64,000 nt of DNA, from contig JBQTHB010000005.1 in assembly GCA_052390235.1 (NCBI GenBank), positions 448,001 through 512,000 on the forward strand, given 5' to 3'. The translations under genes were made by a program, and so were the position numbers. Position 1 is the stretch's first letter; each line of letters begins with the position of its first letter. Below the pieces are notes generated by a model. The model was not told the origin of the DNA, searched no databases, and was given only the letters and a program-made list of their open reading frames with translations. This DNA is from Deltaproteobacteria bacterium (GTDB taxonomy: Bacteria > Desulfobacterota_D > UBA1144 > Nemesobacterales > CSP1-2). Positions 1 through 10,071 of this stretch are shown piece after piece.

Positions 1-75
1 TTGCTCTCGAATACCGCCTGAGTTATGATTAAAATCCTTAAAAACCGGCTTTGCTACCTCAAAGGAGATTCGCGG

Positions 76-1242
76 ATGAACATCAAGTGGGCTAAGAGAA
101 TTGCAGACCTGCCCCCCTACCTATTTGCCGAGATAGACGCGCAAAAACAGCAGATGCGCGCAAAAGGGGTTGACCTCATAGATTTGGGCATCGGAGACCC
201 GGACATTCCGACCCCGCAGAATATTATAAACGCCCTCAAAGCCGCCGCCGAAGACCCTGGAAACCACAGATACCCCTCCTACGAAGGGCTATTTGCCTTC
301 AGGCAGGCATCGGCTGATTGGTACAAAGAGAGGTTCGGCGTGAAGGTTGACCCCGCCTCTGAGGTCGTAACCCTCATCGGCTCGAAGGAGGGAATTGCCC
401 ACACCCCTCTTGCCTTTATTGACCCCGGAGACGTAGTCCTAGTCCCTGACCCCGGCTATCCGGTCTATGGAGTGGCTACGACATTCGCCGGCGGGATTCC
501 ATATCTCATGCCACTTCTGAAGGAAAATAACTTCCTCCCCGACCTTGCCGCCATACCTGATGAAATTTGCAAAAGGGCAAAGCTCATGTTCATCAACTAC
601 CCGAATAACCCGACTTCCGCCGTGTGCGATATCTCATTTTTTAAGGACGTTGTTGAATTTGCCCAGAAACACGAAATCCTCGTCTGCCACGACGCCGCCT
701 ACACCGAGGTAGCCTACGACGGGTTCAATCCGCCGAGCTTCCTTCAGGTTGACGGGGCGGCTGAAGTGGGTATGGAGTTTCACTCGCTCTCTAAGACGTT
801 TAATATGACGGGCTGGCGCGTGGGCTTTGCCGCCGGAAACAAGAGGGCTATCGGGGGGCTTGGGAAGGTTAAAACCAATATTGACTCAGGCGTTTTTCAG
901 GCAATACAGATTGCCGGCATCGAGGGGCTTCGCAACTACACCCTCGGCATGGCGGAGCGAAGGAAAATCTATGAGCATCGGCGGGATTTGTTCTGCAGGG
1001 GGCTGGAGGACATAGGTCTTGGCTATTATCCCCTGAAGGCGACGTTTTACGTCTGGGTTGATGTTCCCAAGGGATACGCATCAAAAGACTTCGCCGCGAA
1101 ACTCCTCTCCGAGGCGGGCATAGTCGCCACTCCCGGAAACGGATTCGGCAAATACGGCGAGGGCTATATACGCATCTCAATCACCATTGCCACGGAGCGG
1201 CTCGCCGAGGCTGTGGAGCGGCTTGGAAGGCTCAAATTTTAA
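76..1242 (+). CDS. dapL: LL-diaminopimelate aminotransferase (class I/II PLP aminotransferase)
   Basis: LPPYLFAEID N-terminus, NYPNNPT, HSLSKTFNMTGWRVG PLP-lysine motif; start at 76 after AAGGAG. Confidence 0.85.
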   Translation: MNIKWAKRIADLPPYLFAEIDAQKQQMRAKGVDLIDLGIGDPDIPTPQNIINALKAAAEDPGNHRYPSYEGLFAFRQASADWYKERFGVKVDPASEVVTLIGSKEGIAHTPLAFIDPGDVVLVPDPGYPVYGVATTFAGGIPYLMPLLKENNFLPDLAAIPDEICKRAKLMFINYPNNPTSAVCDISFFKDVVEFAQKHEILVCHDAAYTEVAYDGFNPPSFLQVDGAAEVGMEFHSLSKTFNMTGWRVGFAAGNKRAIGGLGKVKTNIDSGVFQAIQIAGIEGLRNYTLGMAERRKIYEHRRDLFCRGLEDIGLGYYPLKATFYVWVDVPKGYASKDFAAKLLSEAGIVATPGNGFGKYGEGYIRISITIATERLAEAVERLGRLKF

Positions 1243-1329
1243 GCCTCGCCACTGAGCGCGGCGCAGGATTGTGGCTTGACGCCGAGGGTTATTGACTCTG
1301 CCGTTTGATATGAAGTAATATCACAGGGC

Positions 1330-2049
1330 ATGAAAGCCGATTCAGACGCTAATCCCTCATCGGAAACCTTGGAATTTCTATTGCAGAAGTACGAAAAGCT
1401 CTTGGCTGATGACCCCTCGTCAGGGGTTTTCGCCGCCCTCGCCGAGGTTCTAAGACGGCAGTCCAAGCTCGATAGGGCGACTGAAATTTTGGTCAAGGGG
1501 CTAAGGCAACACCCCGAAAACATCGCGGCAAGGCTCACCCTAGGCAGGATTTACTATGACCGCTGGATGATTGACGCCGCCAAAAGAGAGGTGGAGATGG
1601 TCCTGAAATCCTCGCCCGATAACCTCCGGGCGGCGCGCATTCTCGTTGAAATTTACCGAAGCGAGGGGAAGCCGGACAGGGCTTATGGAATTGCCTCAGT
1701 AGCCTCGCTCTACCACCCTGAGTGCGGGGAAATCGCCTCTGCCCTCGCGGATTTGACCGGGGAGGCTGAATCTCTCAGGCAGACGCCGCCCGCGCCGACC
1801 CAAAGCAGACGCGCCGCCCTGCTCTCCCTCGGCGAGGACGAGCTAGACCTATCTCCTGAGCCGTCCGATGGGGAAATCTACACGGAGACGATGGCGGATT
1901 TATACATAGGGCAGGGGGACTACGAGCGCGCTGTAGAGATTCTCGCCGCTATCGCCCTCGCCGCCCCCGAAAATCGGCAATTGCGGGCTAAACTGGACTC
2001 GGCCAGGTCCTGCCTGCTGTCAATTAAGTCGGGGTTTGAGGTTAAATAA
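1330..2049 (+). CDS. Tetratricopeptide-repeat protein
   Basis: TPR-like helical repeats (FAALAEVLRRQ, ARLTLGRIYY; C-terminal TETMADLYIGQG). Confidence 0.7.
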   Translation: MKADSDANPSSETLEFLLQKYEKLLADDPSSGVFAALAEVLRRQSKLDRATEILVKGLRQHPENIAARLTLGRIYYDRWMIDAAKREVEMVLKSSPDNLRAARILVEIYRSEGKPDRAYGIASVASLYHPECGEIASALADLTGEAESLRQTPPAPTQSRRAALLSLGEDELDLSPEPSDGEIYTETMADLYIGQGDYERAVEILAAIALAAPENRQLRAKLDSARSCLLSIKSGFEVK

Positions 2050-2070
2050 ACGCGGTCTCGGAGCAAATCA

Positions 2071-2505
2071 ATGAAAATTCTCGTAATCCACGGGCCCAAT
2101 CTCAATATGCTTGGCAGGAGAGAGCCTGAGATATACGGCTCGACCACACTCGATGAAATCAACAGTATCATCGCTGCGGACGCCGAGATTCTGGGAGCGG
2201 ATGCGGATTTTTTCCAGTCAAATCTCGAGGGGGAAATAGTCTCGAAAATTCAGCAGTCGCTTGGGATGTTCGATGGAATTTTGATGAATCCCGCCGCCTA
2301 CACCCATACGAGCGTCGCTATGAGAGACGCGGTCTGCGCCGTGGGGCTTCCCGTTGTTGAGGTGCATCTGTCCAATATCTATAAGCGGGAGGAGTTTCGC
2401 CATAAATCGTTTATCTCTCCCGTGGCCGTCGGGGTGATTTCGGGCTTTGGCGTGGATAGCTACCTGCTTGGGCTAAGGGCGCTTGTGAATCATCTCAGCA
2501 AATAA
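2071..2505 (+). CDS. aroQ: Type II 3-dehydroquinate dehydratase
   Basis: [26 protein letters not shown] and EVHLSN motifs. Confidence 0.97.
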   Translation: MKILVIHGPNLNMLGRREPEIYGSTTLDEINSIIAADAEILGADADFFQSNLEGEIVSKIQQSLGMFDGILMNPAAYTHTSVAMRDAVCAVGLPVVEVHLSNIYKREEFRHKSFISPVAVGVISGFGVDSYLLGLRALVNHLSK

Positions 2506-2538
2506 CCGCCGCAATCTCCGCCGGGAATCGCATCTATC

Positions 2539-4242
2539 ATGAAAAATCGCTGGGTCATTGAGAAAGAGAATCCGAAGCTGCGCGATAGGATGGCAAAATC
2601 CCTAGGGCTTTGCCCGATAACCGCACAGATTCTCATTAACCGAGGTATAAAAACTGAAGCCGAAGCCGAGTCCTTTCTAAACGCGGGACTCTTTGACATC
2701 CCCTCCCCGAATCTCATCAAAGGGATGGACGCGGCAGTCGGGCGCATCCGGCAGGCGCTGGAGCGCGCAGAGAAGGTCGCCATATACGGGGACTACGACG
2801 TTGACGGCGTTACGGCGACGGCACTTTTCTATATATTCCTAAAAAATCTCGGCGCAGATATTTCCTACTACAATCCCGACAGGCTGAAAGAGGGCTATGG
2901 GATAAATTCCGATGCCATAAGTAAACTCAAAGAGGCGGGAGTCTCGCTTGTCGTTTCCGGGGACTGCGGGATTACGGCCGCCGCAGAGGTTGAAGAGGCA
3001 AAGCGCATCGGCGTGGATTTTATCATAACCGACCACCACGAAACCCCGCCGACCATTCCCGCCGCCGTATCCGTGCTAAACCCCCATCAGCCCGGATGCC
3101 CTTATCCGGGGAAGGAAATCACGGGAGTCGGGGTCATATTTAACCTCGTCATAGCGCTTCGGCGCTCCCTTCGGGAATCCGGCTTTTTCAAATCTCGCCC
3201 CGAGCCGAATCTGGGGGATTATCTAGACCTCGTCGCCCTTGGGACGGTTTCTGACTGCGCCTCGCTTACGAACGTAAACCGCATTTTCGTGAAGGAGGGA
3301 ATTAAGCGGATGCAATCGCCCAAGCGCCCCGGCACGGCGGCTCTAAAGGAGGCAAGCGGGATTAGGGGCGTCGTCGGCTCGTTCGACATTGGATTTAAGC
3401 TGGGCCCGAGGATAAACGCCTCCGGCAGGCTCATGAGCGCCGATGTTGCGGTGCGTCTGCTCATCTCAGACGATATTGCAATGGCTAGGGAGTACGCCTC
3501 GGCGCTGAGCCGCGAGAACTCAAAGCGTCAGGCGATGGAGCGGGAAATCCTAGCCGACGCCATAGCGCAAATCGAATCAAATCCCAATTTTCTCGCCTCC
3601 TCCTCTCTGGCTCTTGCCTCCGACAGCTGGCACGCCGGCGTGATAGGTATCGTGGCGTCGAGGCTCGTGGAGAGGTATGAAAAGCCGGTGGTGCTTATCG
3701 CCGTAGGGGAGGACGGGGCGGGCAAGGGGTCGGGCAGGAGCGTGCCGGGGGTGAATATTTACGAGGCTCTTCGGGCGTGCGAAGACCTCTTTGACCGTTT
3801 CGGCGGGCATGAGCTTGCGGCGGGAATGTCAATTCAAAAGGGGAAAATTGACGAGATGCGAGCGAGATTCGAGCGGGCAGTTAGCCTCGCCGCAGGCAGG
3901 TACGTATCCACTCTGAGGATTGACGCCCTCTGCGACATGGAGCATATTGACGAAGCGCTGGTTTCGGATTTGGACAGACTCGCCCCGTTTGGCATCGGAA
4001 ACCCTGAGCCTACGCTCCTCGCGAAATTCGCAGAGGTGATTTCCTGCCGCACTCTCAAGGGGGGGCATCTTAAAATTAAATTCAGGCGCGGCGATGGAGA
4101 GCTTGAGGGGGTTTGGTTCAACGCTGCCGAGAATCTAACGCTCCCAAGCCGGATGGACGTCGTCTTTACGCCTGAGTTCAACTCGTGGAATGGGAACAGA
4201 GAGGTGCGAGTCAGGATTCGCGACGCCGATTGGGGCGGATGA
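2539..4242 (+). CDS. recJ: ssDNA-specific exonuclease RecJ
   Basis: YGDYDVDG, TDHH, GPRINASGR, GGH DHH-family motifs. Confidence 0.96.
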   Translation: MKNRWVIEKENPKLRDRMAKSLGLCPITAQILINRGIKTEAEAESFLNAGLFDIPSPNLIKGMDAAVGRIRQALERAEKVAIYGDYDVDGVTATALFYIFLKNLGADISYYNPDRLKEGYGINSDAISKLKEAGVSLVVSGDCGITAAAEVEEAKRIGVDFIITDHHETPPTIPAAVSVLNPHQPGCPYPGKEITGVGVIFNLVIALRRSLRESGFFKSRPEPNLGDYLDLVALGTVSDCASLTNVNRIFVKEGIKRMQSPKRPGTAALKEASGIRGVVGSFDIGFKLGPRINASGRLMSADVAVRLLISDDIAMAREYASALSRENSKRQAMEREILADAIAQIESNPNFLASSSLALASDSWHAGVIGIVASRLVERYEKPVVLIAVGEDGAGKGSGRSVPGVNIYEALRACEDLFDRFGGHELAAGMSIQKGKIDEMRARFERAVSLAAGRYVSTLRIDALCDMEHIDEALVSDLDRLAPFGIGNPEPTLLAKFAEVISCRTLKGGHLKIKFRRGDGELEGVWFNAAENLTLPSRMDVVFTPEFNSWNGNREVRVRIRDADWGG

Positions 4243-4496
4243 CGCGCGGCGCAAGGGGCAAAATCTAGGGCGGATTATCACACAGCCAACTAGCCAGCGC
4301 TCTCGATTTGCGCGCTAAATCAAACCGGAGAAATGAGCCGGCGTTATCGTTAATTCGCGCTACGCCTCGATTTTTATCCCCTCTGCCCTAGTGTAGCTTG
4401 CCGCCGCAACCGCCTCCTGAGCCTCTTGCTGGAGCGGATGTTGATTTTGGCAATATCGCATTTATAATAAAGCCCTCTAATTCGGCGTAATCCTGT

Positions 4497-4569
4497 GGGC
4501 TGCTAGCTCAGTTGGTAGAGCAAGTGACTCTTAATCACTGGGTCGTGGGTTCGAATCCCTCGCAGCCCA
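4497..4569 (+). tRNA. tRNA-Lys(CTT)
   Basis: GGGCTGC/GCAGCCC acceptor stem, anticodon loop CT-CTT-AA, GGTTCGAATCC T arm; CCA not encoded. Confidence 0.95.
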
Positions 4570-4582
4570 CTCCCGAATTTTA

Positions 4583-4664
4583 GCGGAAGTGGCGGAACTG
4601 GCAGACGCGCTGGACTTAGGATCCAGTGGGTAACTCCGTGGGGGTTCAACTCCCCCCTTCCGCA
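4583..4664 (+). tRNA. tRNA-Leu(TAG)
   Basis: GCGGAAG/CTTCCGC acceptor stem, CTGGA-CTTAGGA-TCCAG anticodon arm, long variable arm. Confidence 0.95.
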
Positions 4665-4675
4665 GTAATTTCGCA
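4658..4675 (+). repeat. attL-like direct repeat (overlaps tRNA-Leu 3' end)
   Basis: Identical 18-mer at 23848-23865; weaker similarity continues ~25 nt downstream. Confidence 0.8.
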
Positions 4676-4883
4676 AGCTCAGAGCGATTGCCCGCCCGCC
4701 CCAAATGTAGCGGCGAAATTGCAGGATGAGAGCGAATCCCCCCCCCACCATTTTTCCGTACCTCGCGGGACTCTCAGCAGACAATAAATTTAGAAAACTA
4801 CCCTTTTTTAGAATTTGGAATTTTTGCGATAGCGGGAATTTATCTGATACGTGGAATTGGAGAGCTAATTTTTAATCTAGCGA

Positions 4884-5008
4884 TAACAGCGGCTTGGCAT
4901 AACGGTGGGCAGACGCGCCTCGTAGAAACTCTGGCGCTATACTTGAACTGCGGCGCTGGCAGTAGCGGCGCGCGAAAATCCCGCGCTTCGGGTAGATGCG
5001 AAAGATTA
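4884..5008 (+). repeat. Degenerate attC-like repeat
   Basis: TAACAGCGGCTTGGC left arm as in the other copies; decayed right arm CCCGCGCTTCG...GAAAGATTA at the expected ~125-nt distance. Confidence 0.55.
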
Positions 5009-5027
5009 AAACATAAGGAGATATTAA

Positions 5028-6998
5028 GTGCAAGCAAAAGAAACTAAACTGCAAGACATAATTGAAGGAACAAAACAATATGTAATTCCACTTTTCCAAC
5101 GGACTTACAGTTGGACACTAAAAGAATGGGAAGTTCTTTGGAAAGACCTTGTTGAACTAAGTGAAATGGAAAACCCAAGAACGCATTTCATCGGTTCAAT
5201 TGTAAATATGCCGACAGTTTCTGTTCCTGAGGGCGTTGCAAAATATTTGCTTATAGACGGACAACAGCGATTAACAACAATTTTTATTTTATTGACACTT
5301 TTACGGAATAAAGCAAGAGAAAATCAAAACCTAAGATTTGCAGACGAAGTAAACAACACCTTACTTGTAAATCAATATAAAGACGGTAATGACTATTTCA
5401 AGTTAATGCCAACACAAGTTGATAGACCGACATTTGAGAACCCAATCAATGGTAATCCAAATAAAACGAAAAATCAAATTACCGAAGCTTACGTGTTTTT
5501 TGAGAAAAAGCTAAAACAGGTTGAACTTGAGCCAGAGAAACTGAAAAAAATAATCACAAGTTATTTTTCGGTAGTCAGCATTGTTCTTGACTCAGACGAC
5601 AATCCGTATTTGGTCTTTGAAAGTTTGAATGCTAAAGGCAGATCTTTAACACAAGCGGACTTAATACGCAACTACTTCTTTATGCGAATCCACGTTGACA
5701 AGCAGGAGAAAGTTTATAACGATTATTGGTTGCCAATGCAAACTGCTTTGGGTGAAAGCTTGACCGAGTTTATTCGACACTTTTTGATGCGTAATGGAAA
5801 TATAATCAAACAAGGAGACGTTTATTATGCACTAAAAAAAAGTGTTTCAACATCAAATGCAACTGACTATTTAAGTGATTTAAAGAAATTCTCAACCTAT
5901 TATCAAAGGCTTATTTATCCTGAATTTGAGCCCGAAGCTCAGTTGCAAAAATATTTCCGCAGACTTAATAGAATTGAAGTTACTACTGCCTATCCATTGC
6001 TCTTAAATTTTTACAGCAATTACGCTGATGGGAAAATTACCAAAGACGACTTTGTTACAATCCTAAAAACTTTAGAGAATTACTTAATCAGACGATTTGT
6101 ATGTAATGTCCCTTCAAATACACTAAACAAAATATTCCCGATTGTTTATCCTCAAATCATTTCTAAACATCCTGACAATATTGCAGAAGGATTCAAAACT
6201 ATTCTACAGGGCAGAGGTTATCCAAAGGATAATGAATTTTATATACGCTTTAGAGAAACCAAATTTTATGGTGGTGGCGATAGACAAATAAAAACAAAAC
6301 TCATTCTTGAATCAATTGAAGAAAGTTTTGCTCACAAAGAGGTAGTTCCTTTTGACAACTTAACCGTTGAACATGTGATGCCTCAAACTCTTTCTGAGTG
6401 GTGGCAAAAAGAACTTGGTGACGAGTGGGAAGAAACTCACGATTTGTTTTTGCACACAATTGGAAATTTAAGTTTGACTGCTTACAACACAGAACTTTCA
6501 AACGATGATTACCCAACCAAAAAGAAAACACTCAATGAAAGTCATTTAGAACTCAACAAATATTTCTCTTCACTCCCAAATTGGACAAGGAACGAAATAG
6601 AACAACGTGCGGAAGTGTTAGCAAAGAAAGCCCTTGAAATATGGAACTACTTTGGACAGGAAAACACTTCTCCAACGGACTTACATGAAGTAACAGGAAC
6701 AACTCCATTTGCTTTGAAAATTTTAGGACAACATATTCCAGTTGCTTCGTGGCGTGATGTAATGGAGCAGACATTAAATACTATTGCGGACCTTGAACCA
6801 GAAAAATTTGAAGTATTAGCTCACAACTTTCCAAGATATTTAGGCAAGGACAAAAATAAATTCAGAGCAATACGACAACTTCAAAATGGTTACTTCATTG
6901 AAGTAAACCTTTCGGCACAAAGTGTTCAGAAAATTTGCTATCAAGCAATGGAAACTATTAAATTTACATCAGACGAATGGCAAGTGGAAGTGAAATAG
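5028..6998 (+). CDS. DUF262/DUF1524 GmrSD-like modification-dependent restriction protein with extra C-terminal domain
   Basis: IPLFQRTYSW, IDGQQRLTT, VFESLNAKG (DUF262); TVEHVMPQ...IGNL...N (HNH-type DUF1524). Confidence 0.85.
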   Translation: MQAKETKLQDIIEGTKQYVIPLFQRTYSWTLKEWEVLWKDLVELSEMENPRTHFIGSIVNMPTVSVPEGVAKYLLIDGQQRLTTIFILLTLLRNKARENQNLRFADEVNNTLLVNQYKDGNDYFKLMPTQVDRPTFENPINGNPNKTKNQITEAYVFFEKKLKQVELEPEKLKKIITSYFSVVSIVLDSDDNPYLVFESLNAKGRSLTQADLIRNYFFMRIHVDKQEKVYNDYWLPMQTALGESLTEFIRHFLMRNGNIIKQGDVYYALKKSVSTSNATDYLSDLKKFSTYYQRLIYPEFEPEAQLQKYFRRLNRIEVTTAYPLLLNFYSNYADGKITKDDFVTILKTLENYLIRRFVCNVPSNTLNKIFPIVYPQIISKHPDNIAEGFKTILQGRGYPKDNEFYIRFRETKFYGGGDRQIKTKLILESIEESFAHKEVVPFDNLTVEHVMPQTLSEWWQKELGDEWEETHDLFLHTIGNLSLTAYNTELSNDDYPTKKKTLNESHLELNKYFSSLPNWTRNEIEQRAEVLAKKALEIWNYFGQENTSPTDLHEVTGTTPFALKILGQHIPVASWRDVMEQTLNTIADLEPEKFEVLAHNFPRYLGKDKNKFRAIRQLQNGYFIEVNLSAQSVQKICYQAMETIKFTSDEWQVEVK

Positions 6999-7008
6999 CC
7001 CGACCCGC

Positions 7009-7035
7009 TAACAAGGTATTGCCGCAATGGCGGGC
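7009..7035 (+). repeat. attC-like left half, fused to recombinase remnant
   Basis: TAACAAGGTATTGCCGCAATGGCGGG matches the left-arm consensus; right arm absent. Confidence 0.7.
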
Positions 7036-7282
7036 GAACCTTACGATGCCCGCAGCCTGCAACAGGTACTGAAACAAGCCCTGCACAAGGCCAATATTCG
7101 CAAAGCCGGCTACGCTGCATTGGCTGCGCCACAGCTATGCTACGCACTTGCTGGAAGCGGGTACCGACCTGCGTTATATTCAAGAAATACTCGGACACAA
7201 GAGCAGTAAAACTACCGAAATATATACGCACGTGAGTACGCGGAGCATTCAAAATATTGCCTCGCCGTTTGATGATTTGTGA
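7033..7282 (+). pseudogene. Tyrosine recombinase/integrase C-terminal remnant (5'-truncated, +1 frameshift near 7102)
   Basis: [23 protein letters not shown], then in shifted frame [45 protein letters not shown]...SPFDDL* (H-x-x-R, LGH, catalytic Y). Confidence 0.92.
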
Positions 7283-7298
7283 GAAAGAATTATATTTG
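7268..7298 (+). promoter_or_regulatory. Bacteroidota-type primary-sigma promoter (candidate cassette promoter)
   Basis: TTTG (7268-7271), 19 nt, TATATTTG (7291-7298) fits TTTG-N19-21-TAnnTTTG. Confidence 0.6.
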
Positions 7299-7383
7299 TA
7301 CGAGATAAAACAATACGCTACCGAGTAGTGGCTATACATCCAAAATGGGCGAATATGCGATATAATGTAGCGACTACAAGCAA

Positions 7384-7393
7384 GTTATAGGCA
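7384..7393 (+). other. attI-like insertion point / 5' end of first cassette
   Basis: GTTATAGGCA with no hairpin upstream; exact reverse complement of TGCCTATAAC (8857-8866) at the other end of the cassette. Confidence 0.65.
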
Positions 7394-7413
7394 ATTTTTA
7401 ACGACTACCTAAC

Positions 7414-8853
7414 ATGACAGATAAACCTAAAATATTCATTTCATATAGTTGGACAAATCCGAGTCATGAGAGTTGGGTTATTAACCTTGCAGAAAGATTG
7501 GTTGCAGATGGCGTTGACGTATCCATAGACAAGTGGGATTTAAAAGAAGGACACGATAAATTCAACTTTATGGAGACTATGGTTAAATCACCAGAGATTG
7601 ATAAAGTCTCAATAATTCTTGACAAAAAATATTCAGAGAAAGCAGACCAAAGAACTGGTGGTGTTGGAACAGAAACACAAATAATTAGCCCAAACATTTA
7701 TGCCAATGTTTCTCAAGAGAAATTCATTCCAATTGTTAGCGAGCGAGCCGAGGACGGGAATGCTTTTATCCCGACTTATCTTGACGGAAGAATTTACATT
7801 GACCTTTCAGAGCAGGAGCATTACGAAACCAATTATGAAAACTTACTTAGGAATATATTTAAACGCCCTGCATACAGCAAACCAAAAATAGGAAAAGCTC
7901 CAAGTTATTTGTTTGAAGAAACACCTATGAGCCATAAAACTTCTTCAATAATAAGGAGTTTCGACAACCAAATAGAAAAAAATCCAAAACGTATAAATTC
8001 GATTGCCAGAGATTTTTTGGAAGAATTTTACTCCAATCTAAAGGACTATACAATCACTTTTACAAGCCGAGACACTGCGACTTTTGGCAAAGAAATTTGC
8101 GACAACATAAACTCCTATACTCCTCTTAGAAACGACTTCATTTTGTTTTTTGACAAAGTGACAAGGAGTGAGATTGAACTTGAAATTGACATATTGATTA
8201 GGTTTCTTGAAAGATTGCCGTTACTCACTACGCCACAGGACAATAGAAGTAGCTGGTCTCCAAATGAGTTTGATAACTTTAGATTTTTCATTCATGAACT
8301 ATTTCTCTATCTAATCGCTGTTGGACTAAAAAATGAGAACTATAAATTTGTTGAGGAATTGCTTTATTCAAGCTATTTCTTCCAAGACAAATATGACTAT
8401 AAGAATGAACCCAAAATGTTTGAAAAATTCTATCATCATGTGGACATTATAAAACAATACTATAACCAAACCTACTCTCAAAACTTTTACAGTCCTATGG
8501 CTGACCTAATGATAAAAAGGATACCAGACGGTTACACGAGAGATCATTTAATAGATGCTGACTTGCTTTGCTATTACGTTGCAGAACTCAACAATCTTCG
8601 TTGGTTCCCTATTACTTACGTTTACAGGACAAGAGGAAAATTTGATTTGTTTGACCGACTTATTTCTAAGCGACACTTTGACAAAGTGAAACTGTTGTTT
8701 AATGTTTCAAATTCTAAAGAGTTGCAAGACAAGTTGACGACAATACAACAAAATGACAAAAATCCTGAGCGAGTTAGGTATTCTGGTTCGTCTGACTCTG
8801 TAATTCCTATTTACAAAATTATTGACATTGACAAAATTGGAACGACAAGATAA
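7414..8853 (+). CDS. SEFIR/TIR-domain protein (putative anti-phage)
   Basis: KIFISYSW...WVINLAERL...GVDVSIDKWDLKEG...GVGTE SEFIR/TIR motif plus helical C-terminus. Confidence 0.85.
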   Translation: MTDKPKIFISYSWTNPSHESWVINLAERLVADGVDVSIDKWDLKEGHDKFNFMETMVKSPEIDKVSIILDKKYSEKADQRTGGVGTETQIISPNIYANVSQEKFIPIVSERAEDGNAFIPTYLDGRIYIDLSEQEHYETNYENLLRNIFKRPAYSKPKIGKAPSYLFEETPMSHKTSSIIRSFDNQIEKNPKRINSIARDFLEEFYSNLKDYTITFTSRDTATFGKEICDNINSYTPLRNDFILFFDKVTRSEIELEIDILIRFLERLPLLTTPQDNRSSWSPNEFDNFRFFIHELFLYLIAVGLKNENYKFVEELLYSSYFFQDKYDYKNEPKMFEKFYHHVDIIKQYYNQTYSQNFYSPMADLMIKRIPDGYTRDHLIDADLLCYYVAELNNLRWFPITYVYRTRGKFDLFDRLISKRHFDKVKLLFNVSNSKELQDKLTTIQQNDKNPERVRYSGSSDSVIPIYKIIDIDKIGTTR

Positions 8854-8862
8854 AACTGCCTA

Positions 8863-8988
8863 TAACACGGGTTTTGCGTCAGGCGGGGTGACGTGCAAAC
8901 TTGGAGCTTTGTGCTTCCATTCAAGTTCAGTGCTGGTTGACAGTTTTGTGCTCCGAAACCCGCCCGAACGCAAAGCCCGAAACCGTTA
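8863..8988 (+). repeat. attC-like hairpin repeat, 126 nt
   Basis: TAAC-A-CGGGTTTTGCGTCAGGCGGG ... CCCGCCCGAACGCAAAGCCCG-AAACC-GTTA. Confidence 0.88.
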
Positions 8989-9046
8989 TCGGCCAGCTTA
9001 AAAGACGACAGTGTATAAAACAAACAGACGACAATAAACAGAAAAT

Positions 9047-9968
9047 ATGATACCAGACTACCAATCTTTAATGCTTCCATTACTTAAACTTGTTTCGGAC
9101 GGACAGGAACATAAATACAGAGACCTAATCGAAAATTTGGCGACAGAATTTCGAGTGATTGATGAAAAACGCAAAGAACTTTTGGCAAGCGGCAACCAAG
9201 CAATTTTTGACAATCAATAGAGTTAGTTGGGCAAAAACGTATTTAAAAAAGGCTGGACTACTTGACTCACCAAAACGTGCCACATGTGTAATCACACAAC
9301 TGGGACTTGACACCTTAAAGAAAAATCCTGACCGAGTAGATGCAAAATATTTAAGACAATTCCCTGCATTTTTAGAGTTTCAAAATGCTTTACGTAACGA
9401 CAACAACATTGACGAAGAAGTAACAACTCAAGAACCAAGCGACCAGACACCCGAAGAAAATCTCGACAAAGCATATCAAAGAATACGTAAATCGTTAACA
9501 TCTGAACTGCTTAACAAAGTTGTTGAGCTTTCTCCAATATTTTTTGAGCGACTTGTTGTTGAACTATTAGTAAAAATGGGTTACGGTGGTTCAATCAAGG
9601 ACGCTGGAAAAGCAATTGGAAAAAGTGGTGATGAAGGAATTGACGGAACAATAAAAGAAGACAAACTCGGACTTGACATTGTTTATATCCAAGCAAAGCG
9701 TTGGAAACCTGGCAATGTTGTTGGACGACCAGAACTTCACAAGTTTGTTGGTGCGTTGGCTGGACAAGGTGCAAAAAAAGGCATCTTCATCACGACATCG
9801 AATTTTACAAAGGAAGCGTTAGAATACACCCCTAAAAATGAAACTAAAATTGTGCTTATTGACGGAGAACAATTGGCTCAATTAATGATTGACTACAATC
9901 TTGGTTGCGCGACACAACAGATTTACGAACTTAAAAAAATTGACAGTGATTATTTTGGCGAAGAGTAA
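9047..9968 (+). pseudogene. mrr: Mrr restriction endonuclease, frameshifted by a CAAT duplication at 9211-9218
   Basis: MIPDYQSLMLPLL Mrr_N start at 9047; downstream frame has FERLVVELL, GDEGIDG, YIQAKRW. Confidence 0.88.
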
Positions 9969-9998
9969 CATTAATGACAGACAAGAAAGCCGAACCGA

Positions 9999-10050
9999 TA
10001 ACAGCGGCTTTGTGCGATAGCGGGCTGACATGCAAATATGAAAGTTTGTG
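9999..10050 (+). repeat. attC-like left half (right part deleted)
   Basis: TAACAGCGGCTTTGTGCGATAGCGGG nearly identical to the 14593 left arm; runs into a 5'-truncated gene. Confidence 0.75.
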
Positions 10051-10071
10051 CATAAAACGAACTGACAGATA

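Noticed and set aside
4730..4750. tRNA-like 3' end (GCGAATCCCCCCCCCACCA)
   Set aside because: No cloverleaf upstream and no second copy found; at most a relic.
6941..7339. 132-aa minus-strand ORF
   Set aside because: Antisense shadow of the recombinase remnant.
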